From: Isurus oxyrinchus
Lineage: Eukaryota
Assembly: GCA_026770705.1 (NCBI GenBank)
Contig: JANJGN010000042.1
Coordinates: 1,674,001-1,738,000 of the forward strand
Length of the DNA: 64,000 nt
Direction: 5' to 3'
Within the stretch, counting starts at the first letter, position 1; each line of letters opens with the position of its first letter. The translations under genes and the position numbers were made by a program. Below, piece by piece: positions 13,301-26,099 of this stretch. The notes beneath the pieces were generated by a model. That model was given only the letters and a program-made list of their open reading frames with translations. It made no database searches and was not told the origin of the DNA.

Positions 13301-13900
13301 AAGCTTAAAGCGCCAGAGAAAAACAGCCTTCCCCAAATGGTATTCCTTCTCCCACAGTTTGCTCATTCAGTTATCCAACGACAGCCCTTCGCAATGTTCT
13401 GTTCTTCTCTAAACTATTTAGTGTACCACATGGCTTATTTTCGGCAGCAATTTGGATACGAAACTTACTGCTGCTTCATTTTGATCCTTCTAAATGCGAT
13501 GAAAAACAGGCCCACATACAAATCCTGTGAATCAGCTGGCACCGCCTGTCAATTGCACTGTATTCACATTATCCATCAATAAATTAGATGAGCTTTGTAC
13601 ACACCGCAGGCATCGTGACTTAAATTTACATCGATATCAATGTAAATTAACATCTATGCATGTAAAATAAATGACCCGTTTAATGAAACAATTGAGGTGT
13701 AAGTTACAATATTGAAGTACAAATTAAACTATATTATACATCATCTGTATCATTGTCAAAATTCCTGTCAACACAAGAAACAGCGCGCCTTGGAACATAT
13801 AAATCAATCTTGAATGTCTTGCCCTTGGAGCGCAGCCAAAAACCGGTAGAAGCTAATAGTAAACATCTGACCCTCAAGGATTCACAGTTAAGCAAATGTT
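10150..13900. repeat. Direct tandem segmental duplication, ~1.9 kb unit (10150-11975 vs 12061-13900)
   Basis: Colinear anchors: CAGAAAACTGACTG 10150/12061, AGAAAGTTAGCT 10301/12200, CGGCAGCAATTTGGATACGAAACTTACT ~11517/13442, TGACCCTCAAGG ~11945/13869. Confidence 0.92.
12061..12209 (-). pseudogene. GPR139-like exon 2 fragment (5' ~150 nt only)
   Basis: ag|CTAAC then NFLTIVKRSRGRCGLSR, followed by SMAVIDF. Truncated and part of the tandem duplication. Confidence 0.8.
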
Positions 13901-14644
13901 GATAAGAACTAGTTTTGGAAAAAAATATAGAATACAATGAACAATGCCAGATAGTACAGTAAGCTACAGAGACAAGACGCATGTCCCTGTAAAAGCCATT
14001 ACCCAGACACATAACTACAGAGACATAGCTCAGCCATCTTTAGGATACAAAGGATTGAGTTATGAGAGAATTCTGTTGAAAAGGTAAGACAAATGTACAC
14101 TCTACGATTAAGAAATTATACTGGATTTTAAGAATAACTTCTTCAAATCAATATTTGTTTGACTATCCAGATTGTTGAATAAAGTGGATTTATAATCTTA
14201 TGCTTTCTTGCATAGCATTGCTAGGTTATATTCGGTGATATAGTAGTGATATACATATGAGTTGTAGCCTCATACTGAAAACCTCACGAACCCACATATA
14301 AGTAACAATATCGTAGAAATCGTAAGTTTGCTTTCTAAGTGCGGATAGTGGTAAACTGTTAAAGAGTTTTTTCTTACTGTAGTATACCTGTAGTAATATT
14401 CTACCCTGGCAGAATTTTGCTGGTTCGACAACTCCGAGTAGCTGTCTGAGTTGTTTTGAATTCGTACAGAGCAGTTGTTGGGGGCGGGGAGTGGCGGTGG
14501 GGTAGTAAAGCAGTCGGATCAATGTTACATTTCGAAAAGGCCATAGGGAGTAATAATTGATTAGGATCGATACATGGATATAATGAGAGAGCAGGGTCAT
14601 GGGAATATTTTTGAATGAATACTGTGCTGCAATGCGAATGACGG

Positions 14645-15110
14645 GCAGTGCCAATTATTTTGGATTGATATTAGCCTATAGTAAGAAGAAAGAAAATGGT
14701 GAACTATTTTGGATTGGTACAGTCTTATTGTGAGGAAAAAAAAAGATCAGTGTGAGATATTTCGGATTGCCGGAGGCTTACACTTAGAAAAAAGGGTAGA
14801 GTGAATTGTTCCAGGTTCGTACCATGTTGCAGCGAATTGCTAGGCAATGTGAAATGATTTGATCTGAGACAGGCATGTAATTAGAGAGCTGAGCTGTATG
14901 AATGCCCGTTGGATTTATACAGGGCTGGAGTGAAAAGGCAGCAATGTGTGAATTTCAAGGATTCTTTTACCATAGGGACATGGACGAAACAGTGAATGAT
15001 TTTCGATGCATTCAGGCCTGTAGTGAGAGGGCAGGGCCGACAAAATTGTTTTGGGATGATACAGGGCCACGGTGATAGAGTAACGCACTGTGAACAATTT
15101 GGCTTTCTGC
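14645..15110. repeat. Cryptic ~49-50 bp tandem repeat
   Basis: GTGAA.TATTTTGGATT-like motif at ~14648, 14699, 14751, 14801, 14849, 14898, 14948, 14992, 15040 and 15090. Confidence 0.6.
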
Positions 15111-15129
15111 ATTCGTATGTTCACATTGG

Positions 15130-15990
15130 GTAATCATATCATAACGTTACCAAGACATTTGGAGACAGAAGGAATTCATTCAATCCTTCACAAACATTCA
15201 GGATCTCTGAAGCACAGTTCAGTCAGTCTCCTCCTCCCCATTTTATCTCAGTGGCCCTTCACGTTTATTTCCGTTAAGTAGCTATCACATTACCATTTGA
15301 AATCACGAGTCATCTCCGTTTCCACCACAATTGTAGGCAGCACTTTGAGGTCGTGACCACTCGCTGCATAAACACTTTTGTTCATCACGTGCTGCCAGCA
15401 CATTTCGCACGGTCCTTAAAACGTTGCACCCAAGCAACTTTACGATCGGTAACTGGGAACATATTTTCTGCTATCTACCTTATCTCAACCCGTTTAATCT
15501 AGGAAGTTTCTACCAAACATCTCGTCAATTCCCTTTCCTCTGATGAAAACAACCCAAGCTCCACTCACTGAACATTGCTGCCAAGGCGCCGCATCCCTGT
15601 TAACATTCGAGTAAATCTCCTCTACACTGCATAAAGTACACACACATTTTATCTGGTGCATGGTGACCAGAAACGGACACAGCAATTTAATTGTGGTCTA
15701 ACCAGAGTGTAAATTGTTTCAGCACAGCTTCCTCGTATTTATGCTCAATTTCTCGATTTATGTACTCGAAAATTCCAAAGCCTGTTGTAACAATACTTTC
15801 AACATGTCATGGCACCTTCGAATATCAATTCACATGGACCGTCAGGTCCCTCTGTCCTTGCGCACTGTTTAGAACCTTAACATTAAATGGATATTGTTCC
15901 TCACTGGCCATTTTACTAAATCTAGCATTTCCTGGGTTAGGTCCCATCTGCCACTTTGATTCAGCTGCTGTAGACTTTTGAAATTGGAAC
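15130..15990 (-). mobile_element. CR1-type LINE 3' remnant (decayed)
   Basis: Reverse-strand similarity to the 3' region of the CR1 copies at 26.5-27.9 kb and 31.7-32.9 kb (e.g. AATTGTGGTCTAACCAG, CACATGGACC..CAGGTCCCTCTG). Confidence 0.6.
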
Positions 15991-16199
15991 TCCTCTTCCT
16001 ACCTCTTTCCAACATTCTGGTATGTCAGAGTCCTCGTAGTATTGCCTATGAAATAGGTTAAATGTTGCGTTTCTAGTTTGATCTAAAACTAGCATTGCCT
16101 TCTTCATGTTGTTTCTCGCTTTTATTCCAGTAATTGGGTGAGCACAGGCTTGGCCAATTTAGTTTAAATTATTCGCAACTACACTAGCTGTGCAACAAT

Positions 16200-17465
16200 A
16201 CTGGTCACAGCTCTGTTGTTTTGCATATCGTCCCTACTGAACAAGTGCCTACAACTGATTCGCACCCCCCCCACCCCACATGACCACCCGCTCCGCTTCC
16301 CACACTTCTCTGATGAATCTGTACTGCTCCATGTTGAGCGCCACTTGTAAGAAAGACTAAGAGTTGCAAGGTCCCAGATTGAACTCAGGGGGCTTCAGTG
16401 TCCATCACCAAGTGTTTCTCCGAAGCAGCAATAAATATGGACCTGGCTGCATGCCCAAGGGAACACCTACCAGATTTTGCCTGTAGTAGGTGGTGAGGGA
16501 GCCAAAAATAGGGAAGAACACATGTTACCTGATCATAAGTAAACTACCTGAAGCAGATGCACCTGTCCACCATAGTATTGGGAGAAGCCTCCAGTACACA
16601 TCTGTATAAACATGAAAACCATCACATTGTCGTGCTGTGTGGCGCTACCATTGTGCTAAATCAAATCAAGAAAATCAAAGCCAGATTTCCGTTAGGTGCA
16701 GTGAGCCATCAGCAGCAGTAGCATTGTATCAATTCTTAGTTTGTAAACTCATGGCCCGTTATATCCCTCACTTTGACATTACCAACAGATGAAGGGATCA
16801 ATTCTGACAAAGTGAAGGGTGTAGAACAGCATGCCAGGGGCACAAGGGACATAAAAACGAGGTGTCGACCTGGTGAAGTAAAAAAAAACCAGAAACCTTG
16901 GCATGCCAAGCAACTGAAAAAGCATGTGATTGACAGCACTAAAATATCCCACCAACAATTGGTCAAACCAAAGATCTGCAATCCTTCCACATCCAATCAT
17001 GAATAGCGGTGGGCAATAGAAGAATAAAGAGAAACAGGATATTCCACAAATATCCCTAACCCTAAAGATGGGTGAGTCCAGCATATCGGGGCAGAAAGAG
17101 ATGGCTGAAGGACTTTAATTAACTTTCAGCCAGAACTCCCGAGTTCTGATCCATCTCAGACTCCACCTGAGGTCTCCATCGTCCTCACTGAATTCGATTG
17201 ATTCCAGTTAATATTACAGGCAATTGAGTACAACAAATGCCACAAAGGCAATGGGCCCGATAAAAGAGCCGGCTGTAGAATTGCAGATTAGTGCTTCAGA
17301 ACAAGCCGACTCAATTTCCGACTTCAGTACATCTTAGAAAGCTGGCAATGACTCAAATAATTGGAAGCTGCCCAAATGTGACCTGTCCAGAGAAGGAAGG
17401 AAAAATCCAGTCCGGTCAACTATCGCCACATTCGTCTACATTGCATTACAAGAAAAGTGATGGAA
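16200..17465 (+). mobile_element. CR1/L2-clade LINE internal remnant
   Basis: Degenerate ORF2 pieces: KAMGPD-like (ACAAAGGCAATGGGCCCGAT), WK.AQM.PV.K (TGGAAGCTGCCCAAATGTGACCTGTCCAGA) and NYR (AACTATCGCC). Confidence 0.6.
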
Positions 17466-18244
17466 AGTCTCGCCATTTTTGTTAATGGTTGGTCGAAAGT
17501 CATTCATGTGAAAGGCGCTGTGCTTCAAGAAGCGCTTCGTGGTATCTTTGTAACGTTTTCCCTGTCCTTCCCTGAAACGTTGGCTACTTAAGTGGTGGAA
17601 AATTTAGAGAACGTGGTGTGGGGTCGATTTCCTCGAGGCATGAGCATAAATTTGAAATGAATAATAGTTCATTGCAGTATTAATGGAGAGATGCGCTGAT
17701 TGAAGTTCAGCCAGTCGGGTGGCATCTAAAACTTAAGCAATTTTCACGATCCCAGGTGGATGCAACAAACATCATGTGGAGCAATTTGGCTTGGAGGCGC
17801 TTTATATAAATTAAAAATATTCTATTTTTGCCCATAGCTTCGGTCGCATTGAGCAAAACCATGTTGCCATGGACTGTGCGTTGACCAAGTAATCTATTAA
17901 TACTGAAACATACACAAAAGTATCGGAGTGCATGTGTGTAAAAGTACAAAGATTGGTCAGAGGGGAATATGATATTCTAACGATAATAGAAATCTACCAC
18001 AATATGTGGCGTGACTGACAGTTTCATATTCCTGTTTGCAATGCATTTTGAATCATTCTTTTTAACTCTTTGCAAAGTAAACTCCTCTCACCTTCCCACT
18101 GTTCTGCGAGTGATGGAACATCCCAGGTAGTGTGGCAGCTCAAGTATGATTTATCAGCTCCCAGCAGTTGGGTTATGTGTTTGTTATGAGGAGGAAATTC
18201 TTACTAGGACTGAAATATTGTCTCCACTCAATACTGATAGCACC

Positions 18245-18875
18245 ATTTTTTATTTATCCCTGCGATATAGCCCTGGGTGGCAAGGTCAATCTTTATTGCG
18301 AATTGCTAATTTTCTTTAGAATTTCGTGGTGAGCTGCCTTCTTGAGCCCCTTCAGTCCATGTGCGCTATCTTCATCCATAATGCTAGAAGGCAGGAATTT
18401 TCACAGTTTGACCAATTGATGAAAACTATTTCAAGTTTCGAGCGTGAGTGTGATGCAGCTGCTGGTGTTTCCACGTGCCTGTTACCTTTGTTTCCCAAGA
18501 CAGTAAAACCCGAAGTTTCGAAGGTGTAGTTACAGAATACCTGATAAGTTGATTCTTTTTTTCTTGGAATGTGGGCATCGTGCAGAAGGCCACATTTGTT
18601 GTCAATTTGAGCACAGTAAAGAGGCAGACATTTTACTGTGGGTCTGCAGCCACATATAGGTCAGATCGGGTAAGGACGGCACATTGTCTTCCCTACAGGA
18701 CATTAGTGAAGCCAATAGGTGTTCGCAACAATCGAAGACCGTTTTCGTGGGCACAGTTACCGAGACGAGCTTGATACTCCAATCGCATTATTTTAATTAG
18801 CTGCCATGTTATGATTTAAAACAATGTCACAAAGGTATGTGCCTCGGCCTCAGGATCACCCTATCACACTGCCCC
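18245..18875 (-). mobile_element. LINE 3' end plus SINE fragment
   Basis: GTGGTGAGCTGCCTTCTTGA matches the reverse of the 45935-45960 LINE end. 18590-18870 resembles the SINEs at 30050 and 57635. Confidence 0.55.
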
Positions 18876-18949
18876 TAATGTTGATGTAGGGTGTTCGACT
18901 ATCGCAATTACATTAAATTTCAAGGGGAAGATGTTTGACGTCCTCATCC

Positions 18950-19460
18950 TGGAATTGGTAAAATTCTGCTGTATCCTTCCTGAATACATTCTGCACACCT
19001 GGATCCCTTGTTACAGGTTAGAATCACAAAATACTGTTCATTGTCGCTATAAACATATAATACTGCTGAAAAAGACCAGTCCAGAGTGGTAGATATTGCG
19101 CACAACTGGACCTGCACACACTGAACGTAACCGTACTGAAATAGCAATGTGCACTCTAAACCTAACTACGATGATTTTAAGGTGGTCTCATTGCTTGCAA
19201 TACTGATGAATTGGGATTGTTAACATTGAATCTAATGAGTTTGAACTGGAGTAGCCCACGCCGGCAGTAACTGTGTATAACTGAACCAGTCCCCTTTGAA
19301 AATCGGTGTCGAGAAATGACATTTGCACATTGAGAATTACTGTGCAGACCTGAGTCATTTCACACTCATTATAGACCAGCAGGCCCCGTCTTTGTGGAAA
19401 ACAATCATACATAAATTGAGCATTTCACACTTGAAGGAAACCATGTCGATGAAATCAGTG
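18950..19460. repeat. Reverse-complement copy of the cryptic ~33 bp repeat
   Basis: GAGCATTTCACACTTGAAGGAAACCATGTCGA (~19418) matches the reverse complement of the 8120-8160 unit. TGAACTGG and CACACTGAA recur. Confidence 0.5.
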
Positions 19461-19599
19461 CGAGAGTGAGAGAGGGATATTGGCTCAGAAAATCTAGATG
19501 TAGATGTAGATGGAGCTAAGTAGCAACAATGAGTGGAAAAGATCACTTATCTTTAGACATCCACACAGCAGTGCCGACATAGGGGACGGCATAAAACAG

Positions 19600-21033
19600 G
19601 AACTTGGATGTGCATGTAACAAGGGTGCTCCAGAAATCATGAGTGACTTTTAACTACATATAGAGTGTGCAAACCAAATTAGCAATAATAAAATTGCGAA
19701 TGGATTCCTGTAGTGTGTACGAAATGTTTTTTTCCGGACTCGTATGTCGAGGCACGGACTGGGGATCAGGCTAACCTAGATTTGGTATAGTGAAATGAGA
19801 AGCATTAAATTAATAATCTTGTTGTGTGGGGTCCTTTGGGGAACATTGACCATAACATGATAGAATTCTTCATTGGAATGGAAAGTGAAGTAGTCTGGTC
19901 TGAAACGAGGGTGCTAAATCTTACAAAGGAATCGACAAATTTAGGAGATTTGAGTTGGCTAATATCGATTGGAGTACTTTATTAAAAGGAAAGATGGTGT
20001 GTAGACAAAGTCCAATGATTAAGGAACGAGGACATACATTTCAAATGTTATACTTCTTTTCTGGCCCAAAAGAACAAGACAGTAAAAGCGGCCCAACCAT
20101 GGGTAAAAAAATAAATTAAGGATAGCTTTAGATCCAAAGAGGAGTCGTATGAAGTTGCTAGAAAATTTAACAAGCCTAACGATTGGGAACAGTTTAGAAC
20201 TCAGCAAAGGACGACCAAGAATTCGAATAAGGGGGAAAATATTGGATGAGGATAAATTTGCAAATAACATAAAAACGGTCATTAACAGCATCTATAAATA
20301 TTTTTAAAAAAACCTTACAGTCTGAAACGGGAGACTTTATAACAGAACAATTACTTTTGCTCGGTCTTCACGTAGGGAGACATAAATAGCTTCACAGAAA
20401 TACGATGGAATCTCGGGTCCATTGAGAAGCAAGAATTCAACGAAATTAATGTTACTAACACAATTGTGCTGGAGAAATTAATCGGACTGGAAGCCAATCA
20501 ATCTGCATGCCTGATAATATACGTCTTGGGGTACTAAAGGAGGTGGCCATGTAAATAGTGAGTGTAGTGGTTGTCATCTTCCAAAATTATGTAGATTCTG
20601 CAACAGTCCCGGCAGATTGCAGGGTGTTAAATATAACCCCGCTATTTTGAAAAGGAGTGAGGGAGAAAACAGCGAATTGCAGACCTGTTAGCCGAACCTC
20701 AATAGTAGGGAAAATGCTAGAGTCTATTGTAGAGTATGTGATAACAGGACTCTTTAAACTTATCAATGGGTTGAGACAAAGCTAACATGTATCTATCAAA
20801 GGAAATCATGTTTAACAAACCTACTGGAGTTTTAAAGGACGTAATCTGCAAAAAGGATAAGGGAGAACCAGTGGCTGTGCTGTAGTTGGATTATCAGAAA
20901 GCCTTTGACAAAGACCCAAAGTTAGCGTGTAAAATTAAAGACAGGAAAGAAAGCAGGAATAATTCGGTCTTCTTTGGAGGGGCAGGCAGTGACGAGTGGA
21001 CTAACAGGGATCAATGCTTGGGCCCGAGCACTT

Positions 21034-21119
<86 letters not shown>

Positions 21120-21750
21120 CACGTTGTCCTTTATTGCGAGAGGATTTGAGTGCAGGAGCAACGATGTCTTACTGCAGCTGTGCATGGTCATTGTGAGATC
21201 ACACCTGGAGTAGTGTTTGCAGTTCTGGTCCCCTTACCTAAGAAAGGATATACCTACCGTAGAGGGAGTTCAGCCAAGGTTCATCAGGCTGTTTTCTGGC
21301 CTGGCAGAATTATAGTATGAGGAGAGCTTGGGCCGGCTAGGCCTTTATTCATTGGAGAACAGAAGAATGAGAGGCGATCGCATTGAAACATATGAAACTC
21401 TGACAGGAATGTACAGACTGGATGCGGGGATGATAATTCCTCTGGCTCGGGCGTCTAGAACAAGGGGTCACAGACTCAGGATACGGGTTAGACCATTTAG
21501 GACTGAGATGAGGAGAAACGTCTTCAATCAGAAGGTGGCGAACATTTGGAATTCTCTAGCACAGAAGGCTTTGGAGGTCAAGTCACTGGATATATTTAAG
21601 AAGTAAATAAGTAGACCACTAGCCTTCAAACGCATCAAGGGGTGTGGGGAGAGAGCCGGTCTAAGGCGTTCAGATAGAGGATCAGCCATCATCAAACTGA
21701 ATGGCGGAGCAAGCTCGAAGGGCTCGAAGGAGTAATCATACTCCTATTTT
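19600..21750 (+). mobile_element. CR1 LINE, decayed ORF2 (endonuclease to 3' UTR) with internal deletion
   Basis: DYQKAFDK, RLGLYSLENRRMRGDRIETY and RTRGH.L....FRTEMRRN motifs. 3' UTR GAATGGCGGAGCAAGCTCGAAGGGC. Many stops and frameshifts. Confidence 0.9.
21038..21118. repeat. (TA)n microsatellite
   Basis: About 40 TA units with two TG interruptions. Confidence 0.98.
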
Positions 21751-22815
21751 CAATATTTTGGTGGACATTTTTTTCCAGACACTGAAAGTAAGCATGAGGA
21801 ATTAACTACCTGCACAAGGTTTGTAACACTGCTTCACATGTGCACATTGAAGATAGCAGTTAAAATGGGGCCTGTCCATATTCAATGCAAGATGACTGAA
21901 CTGGGCCTTTGCAGACTTAGTGCAGCCGTGCATAATCTCGCCTGGCGCCACGGAAAGCAATTTACGGGAAATGGATGTGCACACTTACCCTTCCTTATCC
22001 GTCATGAATGAATGTAACGTGGCAGAAATGGAGCCTCGACACATCACATAACCATTCCGAACTGGAGCGGTCCACATTAACTAGAATCGTGCTCAACTGG
22101 ACCACCGTTTACGGAGTTTAAGCGTACTCTCTATAATTATGCATAATTAACGCATAAGCGCTTGATTGCATCTGACCAAATAAAACGTAGCCGTTCACAG
22201 CTACACAGCTATGCGCACTCACTAGAGTTGGATTTGACATGTCTGCAATGAACCTAACTGAAGTGGAATAATCCACACTGCAAGAAGCCGTACAGAAGAG
22301 GATTTGAGTACTTTAAAGCTAAAGGTGATGAGTTGAACATTTCCACACCAAATGCAAACAAGCTTATGTGAATGAGACAGAAAATGCTGGAAATACGCAA
22401 TAGACCATTCAGCATCTGTGGAGAGAAAACGGTAAAAGTTCAGATCCATGACTTTACATCGAAGTTGGGGAATAGGGAGCAATGGAAGAGTTCTTGTTTT
22501 CACTATAGGGGCGGGAAACGGTTGTGATAAAGGGCAGATGATAAAGAAACATCAATGTAGGTTTGTGTTAATGTGGAAGACAGAAGGGCATTTTGTGAGG
22601 ATGTTCCGTCAGAACAATGTCAGTGACCTTGAAGAGCTTTCTACTCTGTCAAAATAAAGACAATTTCCTGACAGCTGCAGCACGAGCATCTTTGTTTCAA
22701 TTTCAATTATTGCAAAAGATCAAAGCGTCTAATTGTCTCCCTGGAGGCTGGCCTGACATATATATGTGACTGTCTTTAGTTGTGGTGCAGAACACACTCG
22801 CAGCTGGTGACAGAA

Positions 22816-25175
22816 ATGCATGGATTGCCAAAATGTCTGATTTTCATCATATACTATCCCGTCCTTGCAGCGATCAGGATTCCAGGTTAAGGATTTTGGT
22901 TTGCTATGTTATTGAAATCATTGTTTAATCACTTTTCTTTGGTTTGCTTTCATTTTAGTGAATCGTTGTTCGTATTTAGCAGCTTTGCTTCTGCATGGTA
23001 CGATATTCTTTCTCCCATTAAACAGAACAATCTATCAACATTACGCGACATCTTTCCACTTTATCAGCTCGACAATGTCACTTTTTTCCACTTCAAGGGA
23101 AATGTTTAATTTAATTCTCCATTTTAGCAACAAAATTGTTTTCTTTTACTGACATGATTAGTCGTCATCACATGTCGAGTCGCTCAAGTTTTTCCGTGTC
23201 ATTTCTTCCCTTGTACATAATTTCTCCCCAACGCCAGAATAATAGTTCAGCAGTAACAATGCACTATCTTCCCTGAGCTAGTAATATTTAGTCAGTTTAA
23301 TTGGACACTTTCATCTGTTTACCTCCACCGTTCGAGGTTTCAGATGTTATTTTATTTTATGCTTGGTGTTTTTAAAAAAGGTTATGTATAACGCTGTTAC
23401 CACTGAGGAAATGTTTTTCTGTTGTGTCAATGGCATTCTCATCGTGTGTGAATTATTACAGAGGAACTGTATCTGTATTATCTCATGCATTTCCCTTTCA
23501 CCTATCGCTCCGATATGAACAGTATTTATCTGATAAATTTGTGCAGAATATTAAATGACTGGCCGAGAGTTTATTGTCTTAGCGGAAACCTGGCACCCTG
23601 GGCGGTGAAGACTTCTCAGGGAGCTGAAGTTGGTCTTGAATCCAGGATCTTTTGACTCCAAAGCTAGACGACTTTCAACTTAGCAGCAATTGAACCTTTA
23701 ACTGTGTGTGGATTTCCTCACTGCTGTGAGGGACAGTTGTGTTCGCTGCACGTCATCATAACTCAGGAGTTGTAGTTACCCTTTATTTCCATCCAAAGGA
23801 GTTTTTTTTTTCCATTTTAGCTGTTTTCATTTGCTGGATTATGCCCACAGCAGCATCACTTTGTATTTAATTCCATTCGAAGCCATCTACTGAGTTTCTG
23901 TCAAATTATTAGGTCGATTTAACATTGTGTCCCTTCTGTTTTCCAATGTTCTATCCTGTTCTTCTCTAAACAGCAAGCAAGAGGATACTTTATCGTTTTT
24001 CAATGAACTGAGTAAAAATTCTGCAATTTGAATATTCACTATAGGGCCGAGCCCGCATTCTTCCTGTAAATCAGCACAGTATTGACGATTTGCTGTATTT
24101 TGGAATGAGTCTTTCTTTCTCCACTGGAGCATATAAGTCATAGGACTGAAATGGGAACATTGCTCTCTTTTCATGACCGATGCTTTATTTGTGAGTTTCT
24201 CAATATTTTCTGTTCTATATTCATTTGTCCCCACCGCAAAGTTACTGGTTATATTCCTCTGTCACAGCTAATTTGGCAGTAATTGTGATCCTGTCTCGAG
24301 GAAGATGCGGTCTCACTGGATGTATCACATACTATCTGATGTCGTTGGCCGTGACGGATCTCCTGATCATGATCCTTGCTGTGATGTTAAACCGGATTGT
24401 AGGTACATATTTCCCACTAAGTTTCCTTTCCATCACTCTGGCCTTTGCTCTCTGTCTTTTGTTCATATATGGCGTCAAGGATTCTTCTGTCTGGGTGACA
24501 GCTGCTTTCACCTTTGATTGATTTGTAGCCATTTGTTGTCAGAAGCTGAAAACCAAATATTGCACCAAGAAATCGGCAGCTGTGGTCATAGGAACTGTCT
24601 GCGTTGTGCATTGTGCTAAAAAAATACCCTTTTACTTTGCTTGTGAACATTCTGTTATCACAGACAATACACCCTAGTACTGCAAACTAAAGCCAATATT
24701 GTATTCATCACCCGGATGGGTGGTACATGACAGCATAAATGCCGTTTTAACCCCTTGTCTCCTATTTGTTCTTATTTTGCTGCTCAATGTTCTGACGGTC
24801 AGGCACATTGTTGTGGCCAGTCGAGCCCGCAGAAGACTCCGAGCCTACAGCAAGAGTGAGAACCAAAGCGACCCAGAGATGGAGAAGAGGAGAAAGTCCA
24901 TCGTTTTACTCTTTGCCATATCGGGAAGTTTCATCCTGTTATATTTCCTCGCTCTTATAACTTGCCTCTACGCACGAATTGCCAGCGTTAGTTATTTCGA
25001 TGGCTCGAATTTCAATCAATCAAATGTTATACAGGAGGAATGCAGACTTATGCTGCAGCTTTTAAGTTCCTGCATCAACCTGTTTATTTGTGCAGGTACC
25101 CAGAGTAAATTCAGAGAGGAGTTAAAGAATGGCTTGAAATATCCATTGAGTCTGATTGTTAATTTATCTAAATGA
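22816..25175 (+). pseudogene. GPR139-like GPCR copy 3 (exon 1 22816-22885, exon 2 24268-25175), two nonsense codons
   Basis: Exon 1 is MHGLPKCLIFIIYYPVLAAIRIP with donor CCAG|gttaag. Acceptor gtcacag|CTAAT. The frame is preserved throughout but has TGA at 24519-24521 (DRF Arg) and TAG at 24675-24677 (Trp in copy 1). Close paralogue of copy 1. Confidence 0.93.
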
Positions 25176-26099
25176 TGAAAGCAGTGAAATCCAACATGAA
25201 TTCTACATTATACCGTACATGTTCCATATGGCTTCCAGCCGCAGAAAAAGAGTTACCTCCTGCCTGACGTGTGAATTCAGAATAATATAACTAACTCTGC
25301 ATTTTTCCAGTTAGTTTTTATTTTTTGTCCCCTTTCCAGAACGGGCCTGGTACATTCCCAACTGCCCCTAAAGTCTCGGGGTGTCTCGACTTTCATGCAG
25401 GAGACAAAGTGTCCGACAAAAATGTATAACTTGGCAACAAAGTTTCACCATTAAATGTAGGAACCTCGCTATCCCTCCTTCCTATGTTTTGGATCTTGAT
25501 GGTAGATGGCGCCCTGAAGTGGAAAGGAACACTGTCCCCATCCATTGTTCTACATTGAGCAGGCTCCGCTTCACACTTGAACTCGTTTTCCCATAAACAT
25601 AGGAACAGGGAACTGAAGTGTTACAGACACAGATAAAGTAAACATTTTGTTCACCACTTCCATTTGGCATTGGAGGCGAAATCCGCAGGGTCATCATACA
25701 GTACAAGTCACATTGGCAACAATCTCCCCTTTTAAATGATTACAAATCTCAACTGGCCAGAACAAATAAAAAATGCCAAATTTAATGGAAACATTATCTT
25801 CTCATCCACAATGCACTATAAGTGTTTGTTGCCATCCTGATACAGAAACAGTAATTAGAATGAAATTGTGGGTTATGCTTCTCAATGACCCCATATCCCA
25901 ATCGTGGGTAAATACTACACACTTACTATTATTTGAAATTTCCCGTGTCGTGACTTACAACCGCACAGAAAGTCTTAAGATTGAGCATTGCTCTCAGCAG
26001 AAAACCCAATCCAAGGCATTCATGCTGTGTACATATTATCACTCGTTATGTCTTCCAGTGATAGTTGAAACAGACCGATTGCCCTACACTTTATAAGAG

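Noticed and set aside
14080-14145. Minus-strand EEVILKIQYNFLIVECTFVLP as the missing exon 1 of GPCR copy 2
   Set aside because: It has only loose spacing similarity to YYP..A.G.P exons, with no ATG, no YYP and no GT donor.
14226-14654. 142-aa ORF containing YYP
   Set aside because: No GPCR exon-1 context or splice donor after the motif, a non-ATG start, and no recognisable domain.
14645-15110. CRISPR-like repeat/spacer appearance
   Set aside because: The cores are degenerate rather than identical, the context is vertebrate and there are no cas genes. It is a decayed minisatellite.
20886-21213. ORFs with YIYIYI runs
   Set aside because: These are translations of the (TA)n microsatellite within a CR1.
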